A stretch of 64,000 nt of DNA from Klebsormidium nitens (lineage: Eukaryota; Plantae; Klebsormidiophyceae): NCBI GenBank assembly GCA_000708835.1, contig DF236954.1, positions 108,647-172,646 on the forward strand, written 5' to 3'. A program made the position numbers and the translations under genes. The notes below the pieces were generated by a model. It saw only the letters and a list, made by a program, of their open reading frames with translations. It was not told where the DNA came from and ran no database searches. Positions 37,253 to 50,100 of the stretch are shown here, piece after piece; within the stretch, counting starts at the first letter, position 1, and each line of letters opens with the position of its first letter.

Positions 37253-40200
37253 CTACTTCTTGGACGGCCAAAAGCCGCTCCACGTGTGACCCCAGGCCCC
37301 TGCGGCGGGCGCGCTCGGCCGTGCTTGCTGAGACGCTTGCCACTGATTCTGCACCCCCGGTACAAAGTGCTGCTGAGGCGTATAGAAGGTTTCTTGAGGG
37401 GACCCGTAGCTCGGGTATGGGGGCGGAGTCACGTCCCGAGGGGCTTCATAGCCCGGTGGAAGAGGGGGGGGACTGTATTTCGGGGGTGGGGGTGGGGATG
37501 GAGTGTACGAAGGAGGGGGGGGAGGCGAAGGACTGTAGGAGGGGGGAGGCAGGGGCTGGTCATAGCGGGCTGCCGATCCACTTTGGGGCGCTGCCAAGAG
37601 GGAAAGGTCAGGTCAGACCACAGTTCTTCAAGTATACCGTGTACGGTACCGCTGATTGATTTTGTCGGTCTGGGTGCCAAAAGATTGTTTTCTATTAAGC
37701 AGCCAATTTCGGCGAAATTTTCCTTTTTTCTGACATGTCATTTATGTAGCAAATCAGCTTCAAGCACTACTGGCCTTTACCGGGCAAATATACATACCAC
37801 CTTTTCGTCGCCAAAGGAAAAACATCTTCCAAAACTTTCGGCAGCCAGAACAACGATTCAGTTTGAAACCAAAATAAAAGGCTGGTACGGTTATTGAACG
37901 AATGTCTGTTGCGCAGCGCTGCACAGTCAGACTGCTCCAGAGCACAAGCAGACAGCAGGGAATGAAAGGAAGGACTGTTCCTGGACGGCAGGGGGAGGGG
38001 ACCCCAGTCGCTGGTTGCCGTCCAATCGGGCAGCCGGCGGTTGGCCTGCTTTTTGAGGATTGGTGCCCCCATTCCTGTCCATTCTGAGCGGTGAAATCTT
38101 ACTGCCAATTATTGCCTCGGAGTGAGATCGGGAACACGCGGCAAGGCGCATTCAAGAGCAGAAATGACAAGCGTTCCTTCCCGCAGTCCATCAGGACCTA
38201 CAACCCAACTTCCTCACACCGGAACATGTGGTGCGAAGATCCGGATGCAATCTCAAGCTTTGGCAAAGGAATTCTGAGAAACTTCGTTTGACCAAACGAA
38301 CGGGCGACTCGGAACTCGAAGCTTCTGACTCGCTGACAGCATTGAGCCCATGGATCCCCACGTAAAACAGATTCCGAGTTCCCAGCGACCCTCTCGCACT
38401 CAATCCTTCTCACCTGATCCATGCTGGTACGCAAACGCAGGGCCGCCCCGCCACTGTTGTTCATTCGCATACCCCGGCGGAAAGTCGTCTGCCCCGAGGT
38501 CCATGTCCGCCTCTTCCGCACTTCCCCCCACCTCGCGTACCCCCCCATTTTCCAACCCATTCGTTCCCCCTGCCATGTAACCAGCCGATTCAACTACCCC
38601 CCTTCTTTCCTCCCGTCTCTGCTGCTCGATGATCCCTTCCAACCCTGACGTCCCTGGCCAGCTTCTGCTGACGTCAGCCGGCTGCGCCTCGTGCGCATCC
38701 CACCGGCTGGCCCGCCTCCGCCCACCTGGAATCTCCACCGGCCGTCCGTTCGCCTCCGAGAAACGCGTCGCCAGCGGCGCACCCGGAGCTGCCACCTGTC
38801 GCCCTGGTGGGCTTGCCACGTAACCCTCCCGGTAGTCCCAACCGTAATTCGCCATCGCCGCTCCCTCCCCGCCGAACACTGTGACGCTCGTTGACTGCGT
38901 GACGTGCTCCGAGACCACAACCCCGGAACCCCCGCGATCCATCTCCGACCAACTTCTGAAGACTTGCCAGTCCGGAGGTTGGACTGCTCTCCGCCGGTCT
39001 TCCCACTTCCGCGGATCCGCCCCCTCGGGGATTGGTGCGTTGACCCCCGGGAAAGCCACGAGCTCCCGGGGCAGCTTCTCGCTGACGTCAGCAGCCCGGT
39101 TTGTGCTGACGTCAGCGGAAGGGGCCGGCTCAGCTGCGGTGGTTCCTGGAGCCCCCAGATCTTCGCCCTCGTCTAGGCCGACGACCTCGATGCCTGAGGC
39201 CGACTCAGAGCCGTCCTCGGTCGCTGTGGGCAAAAGAAAGTCCGTCGTCTTCTACAGGTCGTGAAATGGGAGTGCGCGAAGCGTTCACAAACAACAAAAA
39301 CTTCTTTTTAAGAAATGAAAAAACAACGGCAGCCCTACGACTTCACGAAATAAAAGACCAGACGCTTCACTCTCCTTTGGGGAAGGCAAAAAGCCTTTCG
39401 AAAGGTGTGCTACCGTTATACAGGGGGCGATAGCCCCTTCACAGATTGCTTTGATGAGGCTGTCGTCCTCGTGACAACGGAGAGCGGAGAAGCTTGTCAT
39501 TCCTACCAAAAGCAGGTAAGAGAGTCTTTTACTTCTCAATCCATGCAGAACAAACGCTTTGAATCTATGAAGCAGGCGCTGAGGACGGACATTGAACTTC
39601 TTACATCGTCGAAGTCGGTCCTTCACTAGGAGGCAGAGCTTTTCTCATTCCAGTCTGGTCGCTTGCGAAATGCTCTTACGTGATCAGAGGCTTTCCAAGC
39701 CGAACTCAAGCATACAACATAGTGACGCACGGACTCACCCAGGTAAGCGGGCGGATACCCGAGCTCTCTCATCCTGTGCAGCCAGGGAGGCGGGTCGTCC
39801 GGCTGCCAGAGAGGGAGGCAAAAAAAAACGTGTCAGCTTTGGCGCCGAACTGACCAGAGAGGCCCGTTGCAAAACGTGTCAAGCCTAGATTGTGCTGAAA
39901 TCATTGAGCTCTCACGGGTTGCTTCGTTCCAGAACTCTGAGGTGGCTCGTCAGCAGTCGACCTGTCTCCCATCTTCTTTCAACCGTGATCGCCTCAATGT
40001 GCAGGTTTCGAGATTGGCAAATATACGCAGGCTTGGACATGGCGACTTGAAGTGGTTGACTACGAAGTCTCAAATGCAATCAAATTGACGATGCAGCACG
40101 TTCAGGTCACGAGAATAGTCCTGACCTGAATTCCCAAGGCCTCACGGAGGGGGCCTGTCAACTGGCCTGGCTTGAGGTCATCGTACCGCCCCCCTTCAAA

Positions 40201-42174
40201 GTAGCGCCGCTGAGAAGACTCGCCCGGCCGGATCCCCCTCATGGCCTGAAACTCGTCTCTGGCAGCATTAAAAGCTGCAATGAAGGACCAGCAAGGTGAT
40301 GCAAGCACGTGAGAATGTTTATGACCAAGTAGGAGGCACGTCCCTTCCTCTGGGGCCCCAACTGAGCATTTGCGCACTATGCTCGACATGAGGTCGTGGC
40401 CGAGGGACGTTCCCAGACTCAAAATCTTTAGGTTCTGTCGGTTTTACGGCTTGTAATTGAAGCACGGGAGCCACTTATAAATGATGCTGCCATTGTTTTC
40501 ACGAATTGCATAGGCCACGCTATTTTTCACCTCTGTACAGGAACTCATGATTCCTGCAGCAAAGAGACGCGCCCTAATTAACCTGGGGGATCCACCAGCA
40601 AACCCGTGTCTCCCCCAACACAACAAAAACAATAATGGCAGCTCACACACTCTAGCCTAAGTGTCACGGATGAATTACTGTCACCACCCATCGATCCGTA
40701 TGCCTCCCTTCTCAATGTCTCTCCAACCTTTTACGACAAGTAAAGCCAGTACATACTCACTTGACCCATACTGCTAGGACCACTCCTCACCTTGCTGATC
40801 CCTTGGTTTCGGACAGTCCCTCGCAGCGTGCGTATACGACCCACAGTTCCAGCACCTGGGGGCGTCTTTCTCGATCCAAAGATAAACGCCATCCCCAGCC
40901 CCGTTTTCCCGCTCGCTCTCTGAGTCAAGGGGGGCGTTTGTTCCACGGTCGTATTGGGGCACTTCACTCTCTTGCTCATACTGGATGTTGAACTCCTTTC
41001 TGAAGGCTTCTGGCTCAGCTGAAAGGGACTCCTGGGGGAGACGAGGCTTGTCGACCCAGAAAAAGGAGTTGCTGCTGTCGTCAGGAGGAAAGTAAACGAC
41101 GGTGCCGCTCTCGGTTGCGGTGTTGGAGGGGGGCTGGCAAGCACAAAAAATGACAAGCATTTTATAGTTGCCCAAGCATAGGTTCTGTACCCCAAGTTAT
41201 TTGGACACAGCTTTGAGTTCATCCCTGGAGGCAGCTACTATGCAAACCTTATGAGGATTGCCTGAAACAGTTGACTAGTTTCCTTTCCTCTGGTTCAGTC
41301 AAGCCATTGACTTGGAAGGTTGAAATTTTGCAGCTTCGCAAGACGAGTCTGCGGGTGCAGATTCCATCAAGCTGTCAAGTGAATGGACCTCAGAGCCCCA
41401 AAGGTTCTCCAAGAGGATGCCTCGATCGACTTAGCTTCTAACCAACATGAAAACCCACTGGTAAAAGGTTCAAGCCTGTTTCAACGTATGTTTATGAGTT
41501 GACGAATGCCTGAAAGAGACAGGGGCGCCAAACTGATTGCTTTGAAAGTTACCTGATTTTGAGCATGCCACTGCGCCCAATACTTCAGCAGCTCCGTCAA
41601 CTTCGCCTTGCTCTCCCTGCGGCAAACATCCCCACGTATCACTTGTTGGGGGGCCTTTTCGTGACCTGTCCCCACCATGTATTTAGCATTCCGCTCCAGA
41701 GTTCGGTAAGAGTCGAATAAAGTATCTGCAAAGATTAGAAAGGTAACTAAGCTATCTGCAAAGATTGATCAAGTTACCTGCTCAACCGCTCATATGTGAC
41801 CTGAACCAATGGACCTGACCCTGTTATCTCAACTGGAGCGCTTCGCCTTCTCTTCGCCGGCCTGATTGCACCCAACCGCACTGCTGTAATCTCAGTCAAG
41901 GATTGCGCTTATGCACTTACCACATGATTTTGGCACGGAAAGAGAGAATAAACATCTTTCAGCAATCAAGTATCTTTCCTGAAAGCAAGAACTCAGATGA
42001 GCACAGCAAGATAGCGTAGATTGCACGGATACTGGTGGCATCGTCAGTAGACTCCAGCTCCCCTTCCTCCCGCCCTCGTTTCTGACCAGAAGAAAGGCCG
42101 TTAGCTTCTGCATGATCACCAATTGGAGATGCGGCGCATATCGCTTCTTTCAAAGCTGCGGCCGTCATTTGCAT
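37253..42174 (-). CDS. ZCCHC8-like zinc-knuckle / PSP-domain protein (putative NEXT complex subunit) with Pro-rich C-terminus
   Basis: Exons ~42174-~41995 (5' end and first donor uncertain), 41616-41553, 41133-40791, 40274-40126, 39802-39739, 39223-38414, 37590-37253. Motifs: SKAKLTELLKYWAQWHAQ, VPQYDRG, CCHC knuckle CWNCGSYTHAARDCPKPRD, and PSP domain RRYFEGGRYDDLKPGQLTGPLREALGIQPDDPPPWLHRMRELGYPPAYL. Confidence 0.88.
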
Positions 42175-42590
42175 CCGTGAGATGGCATCAGCAACGAAGC
42201 GCTCTTTGCTGCTGTTTACCAATTTGAAGCTACCTACTTTAGTGCCAGAAGGATCCGTAGGTGGGGAATGCAGCAGCCATCCCAGCGTCAGTAGGAGGGG
42301 TTGCTGCTCAGAAAGTTTCAGCTCTCCAGCTGTCTGTTCTTGGTTGAATTTACGAACTGTCGATCAATGCCATGCAACCTCACTTGCCATGCTTATCACG
42401 TGGGCCGGTTTTGTCTCCTCACCAAGTTAAGTTATGGGGTATTATATGCCGTGCGGTTCCAAACTTGCAATGTTGCCAATGCTGAATTATGCATCTCTGT
42501 TCTCTGCTTTCAATGGCTATCTGATAGGCTGATCAGTGTTTGACTTCAGAGCGGCCAGGAGAGGCTAGGGCCTTGGAGCGTCTCACGATC

Positions 42591-45500
42591 ATGGCGCAGT
42601 GCCGAGTCAGCACCATCAGACCTCACATTGCTGCACCACCACCCCCCCATCAAGCCGCTTTTGCAGACACGCAGCGCCAGAGACTTTCGCTGCAAGCGCA
42701 TACTTCTTGGCTTCAGTGGGCAGCAATTAGACATGTCCTGGGTGGACGGAGACGGTGCATAAAACTTGGGGGACGCAGGTGGCTAGATTGCAGGCAGTTG
42801 GATGGTGGAAGTAAAGAAGCGCAGAGGCAATTTTCCACTTTGCAGGGGCCTAGGAATGTGCGAGCATGCGCGGTCAGAGTTGACGCTCTCTGTGAGAGCA
42901 GTCTGCCGTCAGAAGTGCCCGATGGTGGTGGTGTCAAAGTTGCAAACCTGGAGGAACAGGTGCTCAACAAAGCGGCTGACAGTGAGCCTTCTTTGCACAA
43001 GAGAAGGAGTGTGCAAGCTGAGAGATCAATTGATATTGTATCAAGTAGCCTTCCAGCAGATGTGCTTGATGCAATCAGGCGGCATGATCCAGCGGTGGTT
43101 ATTGAGGATGCAGACAACGTCCTAGTCATGGAATGTTGGAGGATGCGCAAGCAACAAAGTAGCAAGGAGGCCAATGACCTGGGGGACTCGACAGTGGCCC
43201 TGGTTGGTGTCAGGACCCTCCAGTAAGCCCCAAACAAGGAATACTGCTCATGATGTTTCAATCATTCTCTTTGGATAAAAATGTGCGGCGCGGGCTGCTT
43301 AGTCTGAGTCAGCTCAAAGGCCGTCCTGATCCTAAAGCCGCAAATCAAAACTGCGCACCCACCTGCTATGATCCTGTATTTGCATGTTTTCTTCACTTGG
43401 TTCTGGATGTATTGATAATACACTGCACGTAGTGTCACTCTTCAGAAGTCCCTTTGCAAAACGAACGATGCTGTCTTCCCAAATATAGAATCCCTGTACC
43501 AAGGACTGGGGCCTAACTTAATCATGGGGATGAGTTTGATTGAAGGGATTGAAGTCATGTCCTCCCTCTCGCAATAACACTTTGATTTTGATTGGAGCAT
43601 CCGCCACCTTCTACGTGCGCTCCCCTTACTGCCACATTAGCAAACTATCTGCAATTGAGAAACTCTCGAAAGGAAATTTTGCAAATACTTTCATGTCTCG
43701 AGATTGTTCTTCCACTGCAGGCACCACTGCAAAGCTACTGCAGGGCAACCTTCAGAACCTCCGATTGAGCTCTTGTTCGTCACCAAAGGCACCATCGTGC
43801 CTGAGGACGTCAGAGCGAAGCACGTTTTCGTGACGAGCCCTACAGCCATGCGCAAGCTGGCTGGCCTGCAGGTGGTTTCCGGTGCGCAGTTTGTGAATGT
43901 CATTGAAGTGCAAAAACAACGAGAGCTTTTTTTTTTTTTTTTTTGCCGCTTGAGTTCAAGGGAGCGCAACTTTGTTGCTTTCGAGGTTGCACGTTTAATG
44001 AGATAAGCACAATAATAGTGCTGCCCTGACTCTTGGATTTATTTTAATCACAGAAAGGTCTTTCCAGAATGCGAGTTTAAATTGTTGTAACAATAGATGT
44101 CTGAGGGCATCTTGGAAGAAGATGCTCAAAGCATTCTTCGCTGCAACCTTTGTCATTATTGGCAAGAGCTGAGTTTTCATCGACATTTGTGCTTTGAGCC
44201 AGACGTTCCCGGTATCTTTGCACAATTGCAGACATCGAAGAAGAGCATCAGACGTCCGAAAAGAATCTATGTCGTCTATCAAGTGTTTGAACTTCAAATC
44301 TTGCTCATTTCGTATTAAAGCGTAATGACCGATGGCTTCATCAGCTCTTGTCGAGGAAGAAATCTTTTCTCAGCAATTGTGGATAGTCCGTACCTTGACA
44401 TCCGCAGATCAACGTTCTTTATTTTTGACGATCCTGAGCTGCTGTTCGGCTAATCGAAGGATTCTGACAAAAGAATAATATGCCGTCAAAGAAGGGCATT
44501 CCGATAGATGGTGAAGACTGGACATTTTCGTTCTTCGTCACCAGGAGACGAGATGGTAGGGTTTGTAGCACGGGAGAACGTCATCAGGTCCCTGAGCAGC
44601 GGTGACGACAAGGAGTCTGACGTCTGGCTTCCAGACGCAGAGCGGGTTTTAGTCCTGGACGCGATTGAGGTACGCACTTCCTTAAAAGAGCGGGGGTTTC
44701 TGTTATCTGGCAGCTCTTTCGGAGGCACGCCGAGCAGAAGTGCAGGAACTTGGCAGCTTGAGAAGTGCTGTGCAGGTCTGTTCATATATCATGAGCCGTT
44801 CTCGGTTCTAGAGCATACGAACTTCAGCCGGAATTGAAATCTAGACATGCTCACCCAACAAAGAGATAACCCGACGCTTGAGGGCCATGAAACCTGTTGC
44901 GATCCGAGAGCACCTTATTGAAGAGCCAACGCATCTGGCCATGCACTCCGCTGCTTTGTTCGGGGAGATTGGCCGGCGCAGGATTCTGTACTTGCACCTT
45001 CTCATCCCCCCTTATCCTCCTTATCGTTAGAGTTCTCAACGAAGCTAATCTTCTACAAAAGTCGATGCCTACCACTCTCTTTTCTACACCGTCCGCACTT
45101 GAAATGAAGCGTGGTTTGTGACATCAAAACAGACGACCTCGTCCGTTGTCAGAAAGAAACGCTGACTGACACCAGCAGACGCGACGGATTTCACAGAAGC
45201 ACGAAGTTCTCACGCTCCAGACGTGTCCTCTGCAGGATCCTGGCAACATGGGCGCTCTGCTTCGGAGTGCGTCCGCCTTTGGCTGGGTAAGTCCGAGACC
45301 CCTCATTCCCCCCAACGTCTGCGACGTGGCTCCGATGCAATCTCTTTCCTGTTGTGGGCCGTTTCTCATCGTGTCCCTGTGCTGTGAGAAGCCGTCTCTG
45401 TCCTCGGGGCCCCGGCCGTTTGTCGGAAGGTCTCTCACTCTCAAGGGATAGATGACCAAGTCTCCTAGGCTCTCGCACCCCAAAACGGTTGTCCAGGTGT

Positions 45501-46279
45501 CACAATGATGCTGAAGTTTCCGACCGGTTTAAATCCTGGATCGTTTCTGAACTTCAATCCCGGTTTTAACGACTCGAGCTCTTTTGGAGTTGTTCAGCTG
45601 CCACAGCACCTCTCCCGTACGGCTTATGGTCGTCTATTGTAACTTGGTTTACCCTTTGCCTCTCGACTGGAAAGTAGCCTTTACGTCGCCAAGTCCTGTG
45701 AGACGTCAGCACATCCTCGAAAGCAAACGGTAAAACTCACCCCCCGCTTATTCAAAACTGATTTCGACAGCGTACCATCCTGCACGCAGCAACAGATGTT
45801 TCATTTCTCGGATCCAGAAAGGCCACGAGCATCAGTGAGCACTTTCATTCTGCATACAGGACTCGGTCGTTCTGCTGCCGGGCTGCTGCAATCCGCTGAT
45901 GAAAAGGGCCTCCATTGCCAGCCGCGGGGCGCATTTACACCTGCCGATGGCGCAGGCTTCCGTCAACCAGCTTCGAGCTTCTGCTCGGGCACATGACATG
46001 CAGCTCATATGTGCATGCGCTGCTGACTTTACTTCCCAAAGTTGTGAGGGTACAGTTTCTTGGGATGCACAACAACAAGCGTTGTGGAAAGAGGTAGCGG
46101 TTATACGAGAAAGGAAGCAAAGAATCTGCTTGGTACTAGGGAATGAAAGGTCAGGGATAAGCGACGAAGTCAAACGGATATGTGACAAGCGGATATGCAT
46201 ACCGATGGTCGGCAATATGGAATCATTGAACGTGAGCGTTGCTGGCGGGATACTGCTTTATCTTCTGGCAAACGGTTGA
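42591..46279 (+). CDS. SpoU/TrmH-family (SPOUT) tRNA/rRNA 2'-O-methyltransferase, probable organelle-targeted
   Basis: Exons 42591-43222, 43721-43881, 44545-44669, 45236-45286, 45860-46279. SPOUT motifs VLVLDAIEDPGNMGALLRSASAFGW, LVLGNERSG, IPMVGNMESLNVSVAGGILLY. The N-terminal extension is basic and Ala/Ser-rich. Confidence 0.93.
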
Positions 46280-47168
46280 CAATAATTTTGGCTCGATCGA
46301 TTTGATATTATCAGACACACAGAGCAAAGTTGGCACGCATCATGACATGTGAATTGCGTAACGTGCAGTAGCTCGAACATGTCGATCCTTAACACACAAT
46401 TCAGATCGTCACTTGTGATCGAACCTCATGCATGATAATTTGCCAGGTCGACGTCGATCCTTATTTAATTTCTTCTGACCCCTATTACTACTTACCCGTC
46501 CAGTCACCGTTCACTGGGCTAAAACAATTCCCCCTGAACCGATTTGGGATAAACATGATGCAATGATTGCGTTGTGATCGAATCCTAAAGATTCGCGATC
46601 ACGTGCAACTCGACCGGATGCTGTACGCCGATCGTCACGTTTGATATAGGACTACTGCTTAGTCTTGCCAGTCGATGCTGATCGGATTGTTCACGTACAC
46701 ATGGATTACCCCGTGAATCTAATGTCGGACGCGATTAGAAGCATCATGATGTGCGCTTACACACAGTTAAGATTGGGTTGATATAAGCGGGTTGATACCC
46801 AAGCTCAACTTTGTTCAGGCCTAACACTCGGGTCAATCACCAATCAATCTACCAGCTCTGTACAGTAACGCAATCCTTATGGCATCCTAGGCTAGACCAG
46901 CTATTTGACCATGTCATAAGCCCTGACGTGCTACGTACTCTTTTGACCCCGTCGGTTGCGACAGTCGCTGTATTGCAGTACGGTATCATCCTACCAGCTC
47001 TTTATCCACTTCTATTGATACACTTACTAAACGTCGCTCTGCACGACCCAAAGACTGATCATGCTGTTTTAAGTGGCTTGGAGTGGATCAGCATACTTTA
47101 AGCGGTATAACACCTTCTGATAACCTAGACTCAGCAAACCCCTAACCGAGAGACACATGCAACCAAAC

Positions 47169-50100
47169 CTAAGGGATACTTTTCGCATCCTGGTCGCTCG
47201 AAATGGAGAACGCTCCGGCGCCCCCAGTGCTCAGGCTCGAGCTCTGTTGCCCCGAGGAGAGCCCCGCTGAAGTATCGGGATCGGAGGACGCCAACGAGGA
47301 GATTGTATAGAGGGTCGGGGGGCGCCTCGGAAGGCGGGGCACCTCCATCCGTCCCATGAGCATGTCCGCGCACTGCCGCATGCTGGGCCGGACGCTGGCC
47401 GCCGTGTGGACGCACAGCAGAGCAATCTGGAGAGCAAAGAAGGGGTCAGGAAGATTGATTGCACTAGAAAGCGGAGTCGAACGGCAAGAAACAGGGACGG
47501 AAGCGAACCTTTTAGGTTGGTGAGCAACCAATCCGCCATATGGTTCTGGTGCCCTCGATCTGCGCGCACTTCCTGATCGGGGCGGGCCCCGCCTCTCTTT
47601 CTCGATTGGGAATGTGAAAGCTATTGCATAGAAGTGATCAATAAACCGGCACGTGATTCACAGCCTTGTGAAAGTTGCGTTGAATCGAGTCGGCGGAGTG
47701 ATACGAAGGTGCAGAACGCTGGCCCAATCGAAAACGAACCGAGGATGCGACGGGCCCGCCTTCGCTGTTCTCAGTAACACCAGAACAAGGCAGTCTTCGT
47801 CAAAGCAAGGAGGCCGAGCCGATCGGAAAGACAGAGATACTTACAACAAGAGGACACTTGAATTGGTAGGAATCAATCTTGAATGACGTCGGATGCTGGT
47901 GGTATACGAACCGTCAATTATACTACAGGCGCCCGTGAACACTTTGCCTAGAACAACCATAGGGCGACTGCAAAGGTCGCAGTATTGCTTCCAGATTGCC
48001 GAGTACTCAAGTTGCTGTTGGTGATCTGAAAGCACCGGGGCCTGCTTCAAGATGGACGCCGGCCGAAAGTTCGTAATACAACGCCGTTCTGAGGACTCGG
48101 AACATTCCGAGACCCCTGACGAACCCCGACACCAAAATACTCTTCCTCGCAGCTCATATTGGAAGCGGCGAAGAACTCTACCACCTGACCTCGTTTGCAG
48201 CGACAGAGGTCATAAATCTGTTTTCATGGCGCTGTGAAGCCGCTATAGCTTGGTAATTGTGCGTCAGGGGACTTATCATTTTCAGTGACAGAAACGGGGG
48301 TATGCGTAGGTACGTGGGCGCCATTCTTCAGTGCGACATGATCAAATCTCCTCGCGACCGTGACCGCGAAACCCCTTCTTGACGTCGCCGGCCCATCCCT
48401 TTCCCGCCGCCCTATGGAGAGCTGAAGTACGCCCTGACGTACTCTGAGAATCAAGAAAAAGGCGACTTCTCACCTTGGTCATGCGCTCCATGTTCGCCGC
48501 GTACTCGTGCCGCTCCCCTTCGAGCCGCGGGTCGATCAGCTGCTCTAGCTCGTTCCGTTCCGCTAAGGACCACGCCCATTCTGGTAGGTGGATCTGACGG
48601 AATGATGACAAGGACGATATAAGGTTTTCAGATTTAGATCAACCTCTGTTGGGCTTGCAGAATTGTGCTTCTTTTTGAGACGAAAGGCAACCAACGAGGA
48701 AGCGATGGCGGGTTCTTGCTTGAAAGACTCTCTGAAAAACCGTGCACCTTATTAACGTTGTGGCAGCCTGCGACTTCGAAGCGGTGGAATTTTTAAGGTA
48801 CGAGACGAACTAATGCTGTTGAACGACCAGGCTTTTAGCAGGGCAACACGATTCCGATCTGGTTGACAAGGTTGACGGCGAAGGTCCACCAGTGCCGTGG
48901 TATCCGCCTGAATGGACCGCGGATTGCGGAAGCATTTCCGCAACCGTCCCCCTTCGCAGCTGTTGTCAAACAGAGTGGAGGTAATCAAATGAACATCTGG
49001 TCAAAGAGGATTGTGAATACCAGGCGCCCAGCTATGCCTTGCCAGCGTCAGTCCTTGGCTCAAGAACTAGAGCGGAGAGAGTGCCGTTTTGAGCGCTTAC
49101 TTGCTCTTCTGGTGCGTTCGGTTGGGTGGGCCGTCTCCCAGCCACGAGGCAGAGCAGCACCACTCCGAAGCTGTACACGTCACTCTTCTCGGTGGCCATG
49201 TACTCGGGGCTCAGGTAGCCCCACGTGCCGGCGATCGCTGCGGGCAACGGAGCAAGGATTGAGATTCATAAGAGCTTTTCATTAATGAGAAAGAAGTCTA
49301 TCGGGCTGACGAACGAGTGATCAGGCGGATGAGATGGAATCCAGGTGAGCTGAAGCAGGACTCGCTTAACCCGTTCCAGCATCGACACGAGGAAACTCGA
49401 GGCAACTTAGTGAGAGGAGTGCTCGACGGATTGTGAAGCTCAGGAAGATGTCGAAAGTGCCAGAATCTGCCGGTATGTGTCTTGAAGAACCAAGCACAAA
49501 GGAGAAAGACAAGATTTACTGAGTATCTACTTTCGTGGAACTTCTTGTAGTGAATCCGCCGAGAAGCGAGTCCTAAACCCTTGCCAAGGACAAGCCACCC
49601 ACCTGTGGTGACGTGTGTGTCCTGTGGGTCCGTCCGCCTTGCAAGGCCAAAGTCGGCTAGCTTCGCTTCGAAGTCGTTTGTTAGCAGGATATTGCTTAAC
49701 TTCACGTCGCGGTGAATACACCGCGGCTTGCACTCCTGAGGAGACAATTTGTAGCTTTTACCGTCGGACCGTTGTTGGATCAAAGGAAAAGCATTTGCTG
49801 TAGGACCCGCAAACAAATGCTCAGGTGAAACTTAGAAATGACTGAGAGCAGAGAATCTGACATGGTATCATGTTCTGCTTGCAAACATTTGTATAGCTTC
49901 AAACCACTTCTCGAAAAAGGATGCAATGAAAGAACGAAGCCAATACACCCTCATTAAGGAGTGTGATCGGTAAGAGTCAATGTCAGCGGACAGTGAGGCG
50001 GGCCACCCGGCCTCGAAACTCCAAAACATAAGCTCAACCTCACGACGTATCAGCAGATTGTTCACTTCTCCTGAAACGTCTTTTACCTTCCTCAATACGT

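Noticed and set aside
43927-43943. Poly-T run as a retro-insertion tail or terminator
   Set aside because: Isolated intronic homopolymer with no recognisable element body or target-site duplication.
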